A model generated the notes under the pieces. The model searched no databases. It worked only from the letters and a program-made list of their open reading frames with translations, and was not told the origin of the DNA. Shown piece by piece: positions 10,613 to 20,682 of a stretch of DNA of 64,000 nucleotides. A program made the translations under genes and the position numbers. The DNA is taken from assembly GCA_036170115.1 (NCBI GenBank), contig JAVHOQ010000095.1:8042-72041 (forward strand), written 5' to 3'. Source of the stretch: Sulfuricurvum sp. GTDB taxonomy: Bacteria; Campylobacterota; Campylobacteria; Campylobacterales; Sulfurimonadaceae. How positions within the stretch are numbered: the stretch's first letter is position 1; the number at the start of each line of letters is the position of its first letter.

Positions 10613-11905
10613 TTAACACCTCGTCCCTATCCCCATCGCTTCGGTCGCAGGGATCCGAAAAAAGGTAAAGGGGGGTAGTTTACCAGGGAGGGTAAAACGG
10701 TTTAGATTCCCACTGTGAATTTGATCCCATACTTTACCATTTTCCGCAAGGAGTTGTTTGAAACGGATAATCCACTGACCCTCATGGTATTCAATTGTAC
10801 CGATTGCGTTGTCAATGGCTTCAATCAGCGCATCACGAGGGGCGACGATCTCCATGGTATCATTGGGAAACGTTTTGTATTTGCACTCAAAAAACTCTCC
10901 TGAACCATCGACCATCCCTGACACTTGGTGCGTTCCCATCATCATAGTGTAATCAAGATTTTGGGTATCGTGTTTTTCAAAAGGGCGATTGACCAAATAG
11001 GCATCGGTAAATCCCCGATTTTGCATGGTTCCTAACTCTTTTTGGTAACTTTGGGCATCGGAGGTATGGTCATAATAGTCATCGATGGCACGACGATACG
11101 TTTTGGCCGTAATTGCCGCATAATACGGAGCTTTGGTGCGCCCCTCAATTTTAACCGAGTCAATGCACCCTGCATCCAAAATCTCTTGGATATGGCTGGC
11201 TAAATTGAGGTCTTTGGAATTCATGATATAGGTTCCGACCCCTTCATCTTCCACCAGTTTAAACAGCGTCCCCGTATCGGGATTAGCAGCGTACATTTCG
11301 TAAGGAAAGCGGCAATCGTTGGCGCAACTGCCTCGATTGGGAACCCGACCGCTTTGGAGCGTAGAGATGAGACAGCGTCCGCTGTAGGCAAAACACATCG
11401 AACCATGGACAAACACTTCAATCTCCAATTCAGGGAGTTCTTGCTTGATTTGTTTGAGGTCTTTGAGGGAAATTTCGCGTGCAGCGATGATACGACGCGC
11501 CCCCATGTCGTAGTAGACTTGAGCATCCAAAATATTCATCACATTGGCTTGAGTAGAGAGATGCAATGGGATATGAGGGGCGATTTGGTGTGCAAGTTTT
11601 AGCACTCCGGGAGTAGCCACAATAAACGCATCGGGTTCTAAGGCAGCCATGGTGGCGATATGTTCTTTAAGAAGTTTGAGTTGGGAGTTAAAAGGGAAAC
11701 CGTTGATGGTCACATAGACCTTTTTTCCCCGTGCATGGGCATAATCAATCCCCTCTTTAAAGCTTTCCAAATCGAACTCTTTGCCCGAACGGATACGAAG
11801 GGAGAAGTGACTCACCCCCCCATACACCGCATCAGCACCATAATCAATAGCGATTTTTAATTTTTCTAAATTCCCCGCAGGGGAGAGGAGTTCTACTTTT
11901 TTCAA
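10613..11905 (-). CDS. trhP: U32 family protein, TrhP/YegQ-like tRNA hydroxylase (TTG start)
   Basis: ELLSPAG, HLSTQAN, VHGSMCFAYSGRC, CANDCR, KIEGR. Confidence 0.8.
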   Translation of the reverse strand: MKKVELLSPAGNLEKLKIAIDYGADAVYGGVSHFSLRIRSGKEFDLESFKEGIDYAHARGKKVYVTINGFPFNSQLKLLKEHIATMAALEPDAFIVATPGVLKLAHQIAPHIPLHLSTQANVMNILDAQVYYDMGARRIIAAREISLKDLKQIKQELPELEIEVFVHGSMCFAYSGRCLISTLQSGRVPNRGSCANDCRFPYEMYAANPDTGTLFKLVEDEGVGTYIMNSKDLNLASHIQEILDAGCIDSVKIEGRTKAPYYAAITAKTYRRAIDDYYDHTSDAQSYQKELGTMQNRGFTDAYLVNRPFEKHDTQNLDYTMMMGTHQVSGMVDGSGEFFECKYKTFPNDTMEIVAPRDALIEAIDNAIGTIEYHEGQWIIRFKQLLAENGKVWDQIHSGNLNRFTLPGKLPPFTFFRIPATEAMGIGTRC

Positions 11906-11964
11906 ACGCTTTTTACCCGTTTCGTATTAATTTTTATCCCTAATTTTACCGTATGCACGTGTAG

Positions 11965-12276
11965 TTATAATTGAAGTGCAATCTCTTTAAGGGTAAGGGT
12001 CAAAAGACCAACACTTTTTTTGGCATCACGATTGGCAGCAAGTTGTGTTTCAAAACTTTCAACATTGGGAAATTTTAGGGTTAATGTAGTCAAAAGGGCG
12101 ATATTCGCATCAATAATAGTGGCAATATCAGCAATATAATGCTCACTTAAAGAGACTTCTTCACTTATGGTCTCGATAAGATCGACCATTCTAACCCTAT
12201 TGGGTTCATTTTCTTGAATGGTAACAAGGGTCTCATTCTCTTCGTTCATAAACGCATCCAGTTCTTCTTGGGTCAT
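11965..12276 (-). CDS. Truncated epsilon-type CheZ-like protein lacking the phosphatase motif
   Basis: MTQEELDAFMN start and KFPNVESFETQL segment resemble H. pylori CheZ; stops before any QDIHRQ-like motif. Confidence 0.65.
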   Translation of the reverse strand: MTQEELDAFMNEENETLVTIQENEPNRVRMVDLIETISEEVSLSEHYIADIATIIDANIALLTTLTLKFPNVESFETQLAANRDAKKSVGLLTLTLKEIALQL

Positions 12277-12343
12277 TGTTAGCTACCTTAATGGAAAAGA
12301 TGGCACTATAATAACATGAAAATGATTATTTTTTGAATAGGAA

Positions 12344-13129
12344 ATGACAATGACAATTGACCTCCATAATCATACGGTATTATGTAACCACGCCACAGGA
12401 ACGGTAGATGAATATGTTGAAGCTGCTATTGCGGTGGGAACGAAGTATTTTGGCTTTTCGGATCATGCTCCCATACGGTTTGACCCTGAATATCGGATGA
12501 GCATTTCCCAAATGGGGGTGTATGAACGGTGGATTCGTGAAGCCCAAGAGAAGTATCGTGATCGCATAACGATTTTGTTGGGATATGAAGTCGATTTTTT
12601 ACCCAATTATATGGAGCCAAGTGTCTTAAATCGACCCTGTGATTACCGTATTGGAAGTGTCCATTTTATCGATCAGTGGGGGTTTGATAACCCTGAGTAT
12701 TTTCATCGTTATCAAGAAGTAGAGAGCGATGAGATGTACATTCGCTATTTTAAATTGATTGAGGAGATGGCAAAAAGTGGCCGTTTCGATATTGTAGGGC
12801 ATTTGGATTTGCTCAAGGTATTTAAATTTTTCCCCAAAACCGATGTACGAATCTTGGCAAAAAATGCCCTTTTAGCGATTAAAAAAGCCAATATGACCAT
12901 AGAGATTAATGTTGCAGGCTTGCGAAAACCCGTAGAAGAGATCTATCCCTCTCCCTCCTTATTGGAGGTCATTGCTGAACTTGAAATCCCCATTACTTTT
13001 GGTTCGGATGCCCATCGTCCCGATCAAGTGGGGCTGTTTACGCACGAAGCGCAGGCTCTTGCACGCAGTGTTGGATATGAGTACGGTGCCACTTATTGCA
13101 ACAGAGATCGAGCCATGGTTAAATTTTAG
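12344..13129 (+). CDS. PHP-family histidinol-phosphate phosphatase (HisJ family)
   Basis: IDLHNHT, FSDHAP, GYEVDF, IGSVH, GHLD, FGSDAH. Confidence 0.88.
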   Translation: MTMTIDLHNHTVLCNHATGTVDEYVEAAIAVGTKYFGFSDHAPIRFDPEYRMSISQMGVYERWIREAQEKYRDRITILLGYEVDFLPNYMEPSVLNRPCDYRIGSVHFIDQWGFDNPEYFHRYQEVESDEMYIRYFKLIEEMAKSGRFDIVGHLDLLKVFKFFPKTDVRILAKNALLAIKKANMTIEINVAGLRKPVEEIYPSPSLLEVIAELEIPITFGSDAHRPDQVGLFTHEAQALARSVGYEYGATYCNRDRAMVKF

Positions 13130-13133
13130 GCAC
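13115..13133 (+). promoter_or_regulatory. Putative nitrogen-regulon box upstream of glnA
   Basis: ATGGTTAAATTTTAGGCAC, 31 nt upstream of TATACT (13165-13170); matches both amt boxes. Confidence 0.65.
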
Positions 13134-13201
13134 TTTACTTTTTTAGAATTAACATTTAATTTGCTATACTGCTTGAACTTTATTTTTTAGAGGTGAGATG
13201 T

Positions 13202-14632
13202 ATGGGAAAATTTGTAAACAGTGTCGATGAGTTCTTTACCTTTTGTAAAGAAAATGATGTTCAATTTGTAGATTTTAGATTTACAGACATTAAAGGTGCA
13301 TGGCACCATGTTTCTTACCGAATGAGCGCGGTTAATGCAGGTCATTTCGAGGGTGGTTTACCTTTTGATGGTTCATCCATCGACGCATGGCAACCAATCA
13401 ATAAATCAGATATGTTGCTTATCCCTGATGCTGGTTCAGCCTTTATGGATCCTTTTACGGCTGATCCAACCGTTATTGTTTTCTGTGATGTATTTGATAT
13501 TTACAAAAAACAACCGTATGAGCGTTGCCCACGTTCCATTGCAAAAGCTGCCCTTAAACACGCGGAGTCTTTAGGGATTGCCGATGCAGCGTATTTTGGC
13601 CCTGAAAATGAATTTTTTATGTTTGATTCTGTCACTTTTGTGGATAATATCAATGAAGCGGGTTATAAAATCGATACCGAAGAGGGTGGCTGGAACTCCA
13701 ATAATCCTTATCCCGATAATTACAATTCCGGTCACCGTCCGGGGACAAAAGGGGGTTACTTCCCCGTAGCGCCAACCGATTCGGGTGTTGATATCCGTGC
13801 GGAAATGATGCAAGTGATGGAACAAGTGGGTCTTGAAGTGGTGTTGGGTCACCACGAAGTAGCGCAAGGACAACACGAAATTGGTGTGGTCTTCTCCGAC
13901 ATCATTGGTGCAGCCGATAACGTCCAAAAATACAAATACGTGGTCAAAATGGTGGCACACCTTAATGGTAAAACGGCTACATTTATGCCTAAGCCAATGT
14001 TTGGGGACAATGGGAATGGTATGCACGTTCACCAATCACTTTGGAAAGAGGGCAAAAACCTTTTCTACAAAGAGGGGAACTACGCCAATATCTCTGAAAT
14101 GGGTCTCAACTACGTAGGTGGTATCTTTAAGCACGCGCGTTCAGTGGCAGCTTTTACCAACCCAACGACCAACTCGTACAAACGATTGCTTCCGGGATTT
14201 GAAGCACCAAGCGTTTTGACCTACTCTTCTCAAAACCGTTCAGCATCATGCCGTATCCCTTATGGTGCAGGTGAAAAAGCAACACGTATTGAGATGCGTT
14301 TCCCTGATTCTACGGCGTGTCCTTATCTTGCCTTTGCCGTTATGATGATGGCAGGTCTTGATGGCATCCAAAACAAAGAGATCCCTATCGGTCCAATGGA
14401 TGAAGATTTGTACGAGCTTTCATTGGATGAAATCCGTGAAAAAGGGATCCCTCAAATGCCGCATACCCTTCGTGGTTCATTAGAGTCACTTATTCGTGAT
14501 AACGATTTCTTAAAACCTGTCTTTACCGATGAGTTCCTAGAAGCGTATCGTCATTACCGATTTGAGCGTGATGTATGGCCAGATGAAGGTCGTCCAACCG
14601 CGTACGAGTTTAAAACTACCTACTCTTGCTAA
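13202..14632 (+). CDS. glnA: Glutamine synthetase type I (ATG 13202)
   Basis: [52 protein letters not shown]. Confidence 0.98.
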   Translation: MGKFVNSVDEFFTFCKENDVQFVDFRFTDIKGAWHHVSYRMSAVNAGHFEGGLPFDGSSIDAWQPINKSDMLLIPDAGSAFMDPFTADPTVIVFCDVFDIYKKQPYERCPRSIAKAALKHAESLGIADAAYFGPENEFFMFDSVTFVDNINEAGYKIDTEEGGWNSNNPYPDNYNSGHRPGTKGGYFPVAPTDSGVDIRAEMMQVMEQVGLEVVLGHHEVAQGQHEIGVVFSDIIGAADNVQKYKYVVKMVAHLNGKTATFMPKPMFGDNGNGMHVHQSLWKEGKNLFYKEGNYANISEMGLNYVGGIFKHARSVAAFTNPTTNSYKRLLPGFEAPSVLTYSSQNRSASCRIPYGAGEKATRIEMRFPDSTACPYLAFAVMMMAGLDGIQNKEIPIGPMDEDLYELSLDEIREKGIPQMPHTLRGSLESLIRDNDFLKPVFTDEFLEAYRHYRFERDVWPDEGRPTAYEFKTTYSC

Positions 14633-14636
14633 TATC

Positions 14637-14797
14637 TGTCATTCCCGCATAGGTGGGAATTCAGTCTCTTTATAAAACTTCACTCTCTTATTTATTTCAT
14701 AGATGATACTTCTTAAATGGTTCAGAAAACTGTAGTTGTTTGCAATTTGGAAGGGTGTGCATAAGAAAGTTAGACTCCCGCCTGCGCGGGAATGACG
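14637..14797. repeat. Inverted pair of CGTC-type REPs (14637-14664 +, 14771-14797 -) flanking about 105 bp between convergent glnA and pckA
   Basis: TGTCATTCCCGCATAGGTGGGAATTCAG and TAGACTCCCGCCTGCGCGGGAATGACG. Confidence 0.85.
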
Positions 14798-14821
14798 AAG
14801 AGGTGAAAAGTGATAAAAAGA

Positions 14822-16411
14822 TTATTCAGTAGGAAGTTGTGGCCCTGCCGCGGAATAGTCAAAATCGCTTTGACCTTCGGTGTATTTTTGAAAGTTTTTG
14901 ATAAACAGTGCAGCTAAACTATCGCGTTGAATGAGATACGCTTCACGATCTGCCCACGCATTGCGGGGATTGAGGATAATAGGATTTATATCTCCCAACG
15001 TTTTGGGGATATGGAACCCAAAGGTATTGGTAATGTCAAATTCACTCTCTCGGATAGAACCATCCAAAATAGCGTTGATGCACGCACGAGTATCTTTGAT
15101 ACTCATCCGTTTTCCCACACCATAACCACCCCCTGTCCAGCCTGTATTGACCAAATAGACATTTACCCCATGCTCATCAATTTTTTCACCCAACAATTTC
15201 GCGTATACTGTAGGATGAAGGGGGAGAAAGGCTTCTCCAAAACAGGAGCTAAACGTTGCCACAGGCTCCGTGATTCCCCGCTCGGTACCCGCAACCTTAG
15301 CCGTATAGCCACTGAGGAAATAGTACATCGCTTGCTCTTTGGAGAGTTTACTCACCAGAGGCAATACCCCAAAGGCATCGGCAGAGAGGAAGATGATATT
15401 TTTAGGATGCGCCGCCATAAGGGAGGGTTGAAAGTTATCAATGTGTTCTATTGGGTACGAAACGCGGGTATTTTCAGTTTTAGAGCCATCGGCGTAGTTG
15501 ACGACACCATTCTCATCCACGACCACGTTTTCAAGGAGTGCGCCACGTCGTATTGCCCCATAAATTTCAGGCTCACTGCTAGGATCAAGGTTAATGACTT
15601 TGGCATAACATCCCCCCTCGAAATTAAAGACCCCCTCATCGTCCCATCCATGCTCATCATCACCGATCAATGCCCGTTGCGGATCGGTAGAGAGGGTGGT
15701 TTTCCCCGTACCACTTAGACCGAAGAAGAGACACGTATCGCCCTCTTTCCCGACATTCGCCGAGCAGTGCATGGAGAGTTTCCCCTCCAGTGGCAACCAG
15801 TAGTTCATCATAGAGAAGATCCCTTTTTTCATCTCTCCCCCATACCATGTGCCACCGATGATCGCCAGATTTTCTTCTACATCAAAAACGACAAAGACAT
15901 CCGAGTTTAACCCTTGCTCTTTGTACGAAGGGTTCACCGTTTTGCACGCATTTAACACCGTAAACGCGGGTTTAAAGGTTTCTAGCTCTTCTGAGCTGGG
16001 ACGGATAAACATATTGGTGACAAAATGGGCTTGCCATGCAATCTCAGAGACAAAACGGATCGAACGCTTACTTGCGGGGCTTGAACCACAATAGGCATCG
16101 GTAAGGTAAAGGTCTTTGTTCGAGAGTTGGTGTTGTGCCAGCGATAAAAGCTCCTCAAAAATGGCTTTATCCACTTTTTTGTTCACATCTCCCCATGCGA
16201 TATAACGATTAGAAGGGTCTTGATTAACGAAATATTTATCTTTGGGACTGCGACCCGTAAAAATGCCCGTATCCACAGCCGTTGCACCACTTTTGGTCAT
16301 AACACATTCGCCATTGCGAAGTTCATGCTCTATTAATTCATCAAAACTCAAATTACGAAAAATCGTCTGAGCATTTTTTATCCCAATTTCGCTAATTTCT
16401 GCCTTATTCAT
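14822..16411 (-). CDS. pckA: Phosphoenolpyruvate carboxykinase (ATP)
   Basis: [51 protein letters not shown]. Confidence 0.98.
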   Translation of the reverse strand: MNKAEISEIGIKNAQTIFRNLSFDELIEHELRNGECVMTKSGATAVDTGIFTGRSPKDKYFVNQDPSNRYIAWGDVNKKVDKAIFEELLSLAQHQLSNKDLYLTDAYCGSSPASKRSIRFVSEIAWQAHFVTNMFIRPSSEELETFKPAFTVLNACKTVNPSYKEQGLNSDVFVVFDVEENLAIIGGTWYGGEMKKGIFSMMNYWLPLEGKLSMHCSANVGKEGDTCLFFGLSGTGKTTLSTDPQRALIGDDEHGWDDEGVFNFEGGCYAKVINLDPSSEPEIYGAIRRGALLENVVVDENGVVNYADGSKTENTRVSYPIEHIDNFQPSLMAAHPKNIIFLSADAFGVLPLVSKLSKEQAMYYFLSGYTAKVAGTERGITEPVATFSSCFGEAFLPLHPTVYAKLLGEKIDEHGVNVYLVNTGWTGGGYGVGKRMSIKDTRACINAILDGSIRESEFDITNTFGFHIPKTLGDINPIILNPRNAWADREAYLIQRDSLAALFIKNFQKYTEGQSDFDYSAAGPQLPTE

Positions 16412-16583
16412 AATCGCTTACCCTTTGTATTCGCCCATCATAGGCGATAATTGTGAGCTGAATTATACGCCCCCAATGTTTAATCGTAATTAAAAGCTAT
16501 TTTAAGTACTTTGTAAGAGTAAGAGGATCATAATACTCATCAGAGTTGCTAGTGCAACTATTTTTTTTCTACAGGAGCTTTCT

Positions 16584-17069
16584 ATGAAACGTTCAGGTTT
16601 TACAATGATCGAGTTGATCTTTGTTATCGTTATTCTTGGTATTTTGGCAGCAGTCGCTATTCCAAAATTGGCAGCAACACGTGATGATGCGAAAATTTCA
16701 AAAGTGCAATCGGATGCAGCAACATTGATTGGTGATTTGGGTACCAGTTATACTTCAAAAGGGACATGGACGAATGCTAAACTTTCGGATATTACGAATG
16801 TAACGGTTACTAATTCAACAGGTGCTACTCCTCAACCGCTAAATACTCTTATTTCTGGTAAAACATTTGCTCTTACCGATGGTTCAGGGAGTAATGGTGC
16901 AGGGACTCCATGTGTTACTTTTACTCTTGGAACAGGTGGTACTGCAAGTGATGGTAACGTAACCGTTGCTGCTGGTTCTTCTACTTCTAACATTTGTGTC
17001 GCTGCTCGTGCGAAATTGACTACTATGTTTAAAACCACTCAATTCGGTGGATCAGGCGTAGTTCAATAA
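16584..17069 (+). CDS. Type IV pilin/pseudopilin-like protein (candidate major pilin)
   Basis: MKRSG|FTMIELIFVIVILGILAA class III signal (G-1, F+1, E+5); Thr/Ser/Gly-rich body with two Cys. Confidence 0.9.
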   Translation: MKRSGFTMIELIFVIVILGILAAVAIPKLAATRDDAKISKVQSDAATLIGDLGTSYTSKGTWTNAKLSDITNVTVTNSTGATPQPLNTLISGKTFALTDGSGSNGAGTPCVTFTLGTGGTASDGNVTVAAGSSTSNICVAARAKLTTMFKTTQFGGSGVVQ

Positions 17070-17171
17070 GTTTTTTCTTTCTTTTTTTCTCAAGCTTTTG
17101 GGCTTGGGAATTGGATTGATTTTTAGAGATTATCAAATAATCGTAAAACTCAGTGCAATAGGGATTCATAG

Positions 17172-17624
17172 ATGAAGCGTTCGGGTGTAAGTATGTTGGA
17201 ATTAGTGTTTGTTATCGTGATTATGGGGATTTTAGCAGCCGTTGCCCTCCCAAAACTCAGTGCTACCCGCGATGATGCCCAAATTGCCAAAGGGCGTGGT
17301 GATGTTTCCGCAATTCGTGCGGCGATTGTCAATGAGCGTCAAGGACGGCTTATGAAAGGGCAATCTGGTTATATTACTAAACTTCATAATAATACGACTA
17401 CCTTATTTGATACTAATGGAACATCGACAAGTACTTTATTACAATATGGAATTGTCACTAAAGCCAATTCCAATGGTCATTGGCAAAATGTAGCTACGTT
17501 AAGTGGTAGCAATTGGTTGTATAAATACCGTATTAAAAATATTGATAATATCTTTACTTATAATCCAAGTGATGGTACCTTTAAGTGTACCAGTGGAACG
17601 TACTGCAGTCAATTAACGGATTGA
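17172..17624 (+). CDS. Second pilin/pseudopilin-like protein
   Basis: MKRSG|VSMLELVFVIVIMGILAA; C-terminal CTSGTYC. Confidence 0.88.
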   Translation: MKRSGVSMLELVFVIVIMGILAAVALPKLSATRDDAQIAKGRGDVSAIRAAIVNERQGRLMKGQSGYITKLHNNTTTLFDTNGTSTSTLLQYGIVTKANSNGHWQNVATLSGSNWLYKYRIKNIDNIFTYNPSDGTFKCTSGTYCSQLTD

Positions 17625-17643
17625 TGTTATAATTTCTCTTTCG

Positions 17644-19596
17644 GTGCGGTATTATACCATTGCCCTTTTGGGCAATCCCCTTGATCCTCTCACTTATTCA
17701 TCGACACGGCAACTTCCTATTGGGATTAAGGTTGGTGTAACGTTATCGAATCGATCATGCGAGGGCGTTGTCCTCTCTGACGTGGAAAAACCCTCTTTTC
17801 AAACACAACCTATACTTGAAGTTCTATCGTTTAGGTATAGTGATTTTCAACGCCAAAGTGCCCATTTTATGGCAACGTATTATGGGTGTTCGATGGGGGA
17901 AGCGTTAACGCTTTTTGTGCCGTTTCCCAATGATGTTGTGAATAATGAAATCCGTCATTCCCGCGAAGGCGGGAATCCAGCTAAACTTGTTCTTGCTGAG
18001 GAGAATGGGAACGGTGATGCTAATGAACAGGAGCATTCCCACTCAGGAGAGTGGGAACGAGAAAACGGGGGGATGACCATCGATATTACCCTCTCCCCCA
18101 CCCAAAACGAGGCGTTACATTTTCTCCGAGGTCATCCCCTCGCACTTCTTTTTGGGGATACGGGTGCGGGAAAAAGTGAAATTTACATGAAACGGATGGA
18201 AGAAATTCTTTGTGTGGGGAAACGTGCGGTATTGTTGTTACCCGAAATTGCCCTCACTCCCCAAATGGAGTCCCGTTTTAAAGCCCATTTTGGAGAAGCG
18301 TTTGTGTTGTGGCACTCCAAAATGACCCCAAAGCAAAAAACCCTCACCCTTGAAAAAATTCACACGGGGTTTGCACGTATCATCGCAGGACCTCGCTCGG
18401 CACTTTTTTTACCAATTCAGGATTTGGGATTGATTATTGTCGATGAAGAACACGATGAGAGTTACAAATCTTCCTCCCGTCCCCGCTATCATGCTCGTGA
18501 TATGGCGATCTACATGGGAAAACTCCTCTCAATCCCTGTCATCTTGGGGAGTGCAACACCCAGCGTAACCAGTTATGCTAAAGTCCCTTTTTTCCGTTTA
18601 CGGGGGGGATATTATCCCACCCATCGAACGTTTCTTTTTGAACCTTCCCTCGAGACATTGAGTCCACTAATGGATGAGACAGTAGCGCGAAATTATCACG
18701 CGGGTCATCAAGGGATCGTGTTTATTCCCACCCGTGCCAATTTTAAAACCATGGTGTGCGATGGGTGTGGAACAACCCTTGAATGTCCCTTTTGCAGTGT
18801 GGGGATGTCGTTACATAAAAATGCACGTGCGTTAAAATGCCACTATTGTAACTATACGGAGATGATTCCCTCGGTATGTCCCAAATGCCACAGTGGTCAC
18901 CTAAGCTCCCTACGGTTGGGAACCGCAGAAGCGGTAGCGCATTTTGAAACCACCCTTCCTGCCCTAAAAGTTCAACAATTTGATCGAGATGTCATCACGA
19001 CCCAAAAGAAACTCATTGACGTACTCAAACGCTTTAATCATCGAGAGATTGCTCTCTTGGTCGGGACACAAATGCTCTCCAAAGGGCATGATTATCACGA
19101 TATTGCCCTTGCGGTCGTGATGGGGATTGACCATCTTTTGGGGCAAACCGATTATCGCGCGCGGGAAAAAGCGTTGTCATTATTGCTCCAAATTGCGGGG
19201 CGAAGTGGTCGAAAACACGATTCGACCGTAATGGTTCAAAGTTTTAATGAATCTTTTTTTCGTCCCTATTTGGACGATTACGAACGTTTTTTGCAGGAAG
19301 AATTACTCCATCGACACGGGCGTTATCCCCCCTATACCAAACTTGCCCGTTTGCTCTTTGCCCATACCAATGGCACCAAAGCCAAAGCCCAAATGGACAG
19401 TGCTTTAGCGCATCTAAGAACCATCGTCTCGGTGGAGATAGTGGGCTATGGGGCTTCGCCGATTGAAAAAATCGGTTCTAAATATCGGTTCCAAATTCTT
19501 TTGCGTAGCCTTAAAAGCACCGATGTGATTCGCGCCATTAAGTCCATCAAATCTCCTATCATGGAAATCGATATGGACCCCATCGAGTTTACGTAA
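17644..19596 (+). CDS. priA: Primosomal protein N' (replication-restart helicase) with a REP-derived in-frame linker
   Basis: GDTGAGKSE, LPEIALTPQ, DEEHD.SYK, GSATPS, two Cys-pair Zn clusters, VGTQMLSKGHD, QIAGRSGR. Confidence 0.95.
   Translation: MRYYTIALLGNPLDPLTYSSTRQLPIGIKVGVTLSNRSCEGVVLSDVEKPSFQTQPILEVLSFRYSDFQRQSAHFMATYYGCSMGEALTLFVPFPNDVVNNEIRHSREGGNPAKLVLAEENGNGDANEQEHSHSGEWERENGGMTIDITLSPTQNEALHFLRGHPLALLFGDTGAGKSEIYMKRMEEILCVGKRAVLLLPEIALTPQMESRFKAHFGEAFVLWHSKMTPKQKTLTLEKIHTGFARIIAGPRSALFLPIQDLGLIIVDEEHDESYKSSSRPRYHARDMAIYMGKLLSIPVILGSATPSVTSYAKVPFFRLRGGYYPTHRTFLFEPSLETLSPLMDETVARNYHAGHQGIVFIPTRANFKTMVCDGCGTTLECPFCSVGMSLHKNARALKCHYCNYTEMIPSVCPKCHSGHLSSLRLGTAEAVAHFETTLPALKVQQFDRDVITTQKKLIDVLKRFNHREIALLVGTQMLSKGHDYHDIALAVVMGIDHLLGQTDYRAREKALSLLLQIAGRSGRKHDSTVMVQSFNESFFRPYLDDYERFLQEELLHRHGRYPPYTKLARLLFAHTNGTKAKAQMDSALAHLRTIVSVEIVGYGASPIEKIGSKYRFQILLRSLKSTDVIRAIKSIKSPIMEIDMDPIEFT
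17953..18061 (+). repeat. REP elements inside the priA coding sequence
   Basis: CGTCATTCCCGCGAAGGCGGGAATCCAG (17953-17980) and GCATTCCCACTCAGGAGAGTGGGAACGAG (18033-18061), with a degenerate copy of the latter between them. Confidence 0.88.
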
Positions 19597-19626
19597 AATT
19601 AACATCGCTCACGCTACAATCCCCCC

Positions 19627-20682
19627 ATGATTACACGTTACCCTACCCAAAAAATTTACGTTGGCTCTGTGGCTATTGGTGGAGATGCCCCCATCTCGGT
19701 ACAATCGATGACCTATTCGCGTACTTCCGATGTGGCTGCTACGGTGGAACAGATCAATCGACTCCATTTTGCCGGAGCCGATATTGTCCGTGTGGCAGTT
19801 CCTGATATCGAGGATGCATACGCCCTCAAATCGATCAAAGAGCAAGTATCGCTTCCGTTGGTCGCCGACATCCATTTTAATTACAAACTGGCATTGATTG
19901 CTGCTGAAGTGGTCGATTGTATCCGTTTTAATCCGGGAAATATCGGAGAAAAATCACGCATTCGTGAGATTGTCAAAGCGTGTCAAGAGCGTCATATCCC
20001 CGTACGCATTGGGGTCAATGCGGGAAGTTTGGAAAAAGAGTTTGAACAGCGTTACGGTCAGACCGCTCAAGGGATGGTCGCTTCCGCGGAATACAACATC
20101 AAATTTTTGGAAGATTTAGGATTTACCGACATCAAAGTCTCGCTCAAAGCCAGTGATGTTCAACGTACCGTAGAGGCGTATCGACTGTTGCGTCCCAAAA
20201 ATCATTACCCTTTTCATCTGGGGGTCACCGAAGCGGGAACCATTTTTCATGCGACGGTCAAAAGTGCTATTGGGTTGGGATCATTGTTGCTTGATGGGAT
20301 TGGGGATACCATGCGCGTCTCCATCACAGGGGAACTGGAAGAGGAGATCAACGTAGGTCTCGCCATTCTCAAAGACAGTGGGGTTGCCAAAGAGGGGCTT
20401 AATATCATCTCCTGTCCCACGTGTGGACGGATTGAAGCCGATTTGGTCAGTGCCGTCGCCCTTATCGAACAGCGTACCCGTCATATCAAAAAACCACTCA
20501 ATGTCTCGGTGATGGGATGCGTGGTCAATGCCATTGGGGAAGCCAAACACGCCGATGTTGCCATCGCGTACGGCAAAGAATCAGGGCTTGTGATGGTGCA
20601 AGGAGAAGTGGTCGCCCGACTCAAAGAAGGAGAATTGGTCGATCGGTTTATCCAAGAAGTGGAAAAAATGGCGGCGCAATAA
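19627..20682 (+). CDS. ispG: HMBPP synthase
   Basis: [52 protein letters not shown]. Confidence 0.97.
   Translation: MITRYPTQKIYVGSVAIGGDAPISVQSMTYSRTSDVAATVEQINRLHFAGADIVRVAVPDIEDAYALKSIKEQVSLPLVADIHFNYKLALIAAEVVDCIRFNPGNIGEKSRIREIVKACQERHIPVRIGVNAGSLEKEFEQRYGQTAQGMVASAEYNIKFLEDLGFTDIKVSLKASDVQRTVEAYRLLRPKNHYPFHLGVTEAGTIFHATVKSAIGLGSLLLDGIGDTMRVSITGELEEEINVGLAILKDSGVAKEGLNIISCPTCGRIEADLVSAVALIEQRTRHIKKPLNVSVMGCVVNAIGEAKHADVAIAYGKESGLVMVQGEVVARLKEGELVDRFIQEVEKMAAQ

Noticed and set aside
13148-13160. ATTAA-N3-TTAAT upstream of glnA as the nitrogen box
   Set aside because: Generic AT-rich pattern; the 19-mer at 13115-13133 matches the amt boxes far better in sequence and spacing.
16584-17624. 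Electrically conductive (e-) pili
   Set aside because: The first pilin has only about 8 aromatic residues in 156 and is full length, unlike short aromatic-rich pilins.
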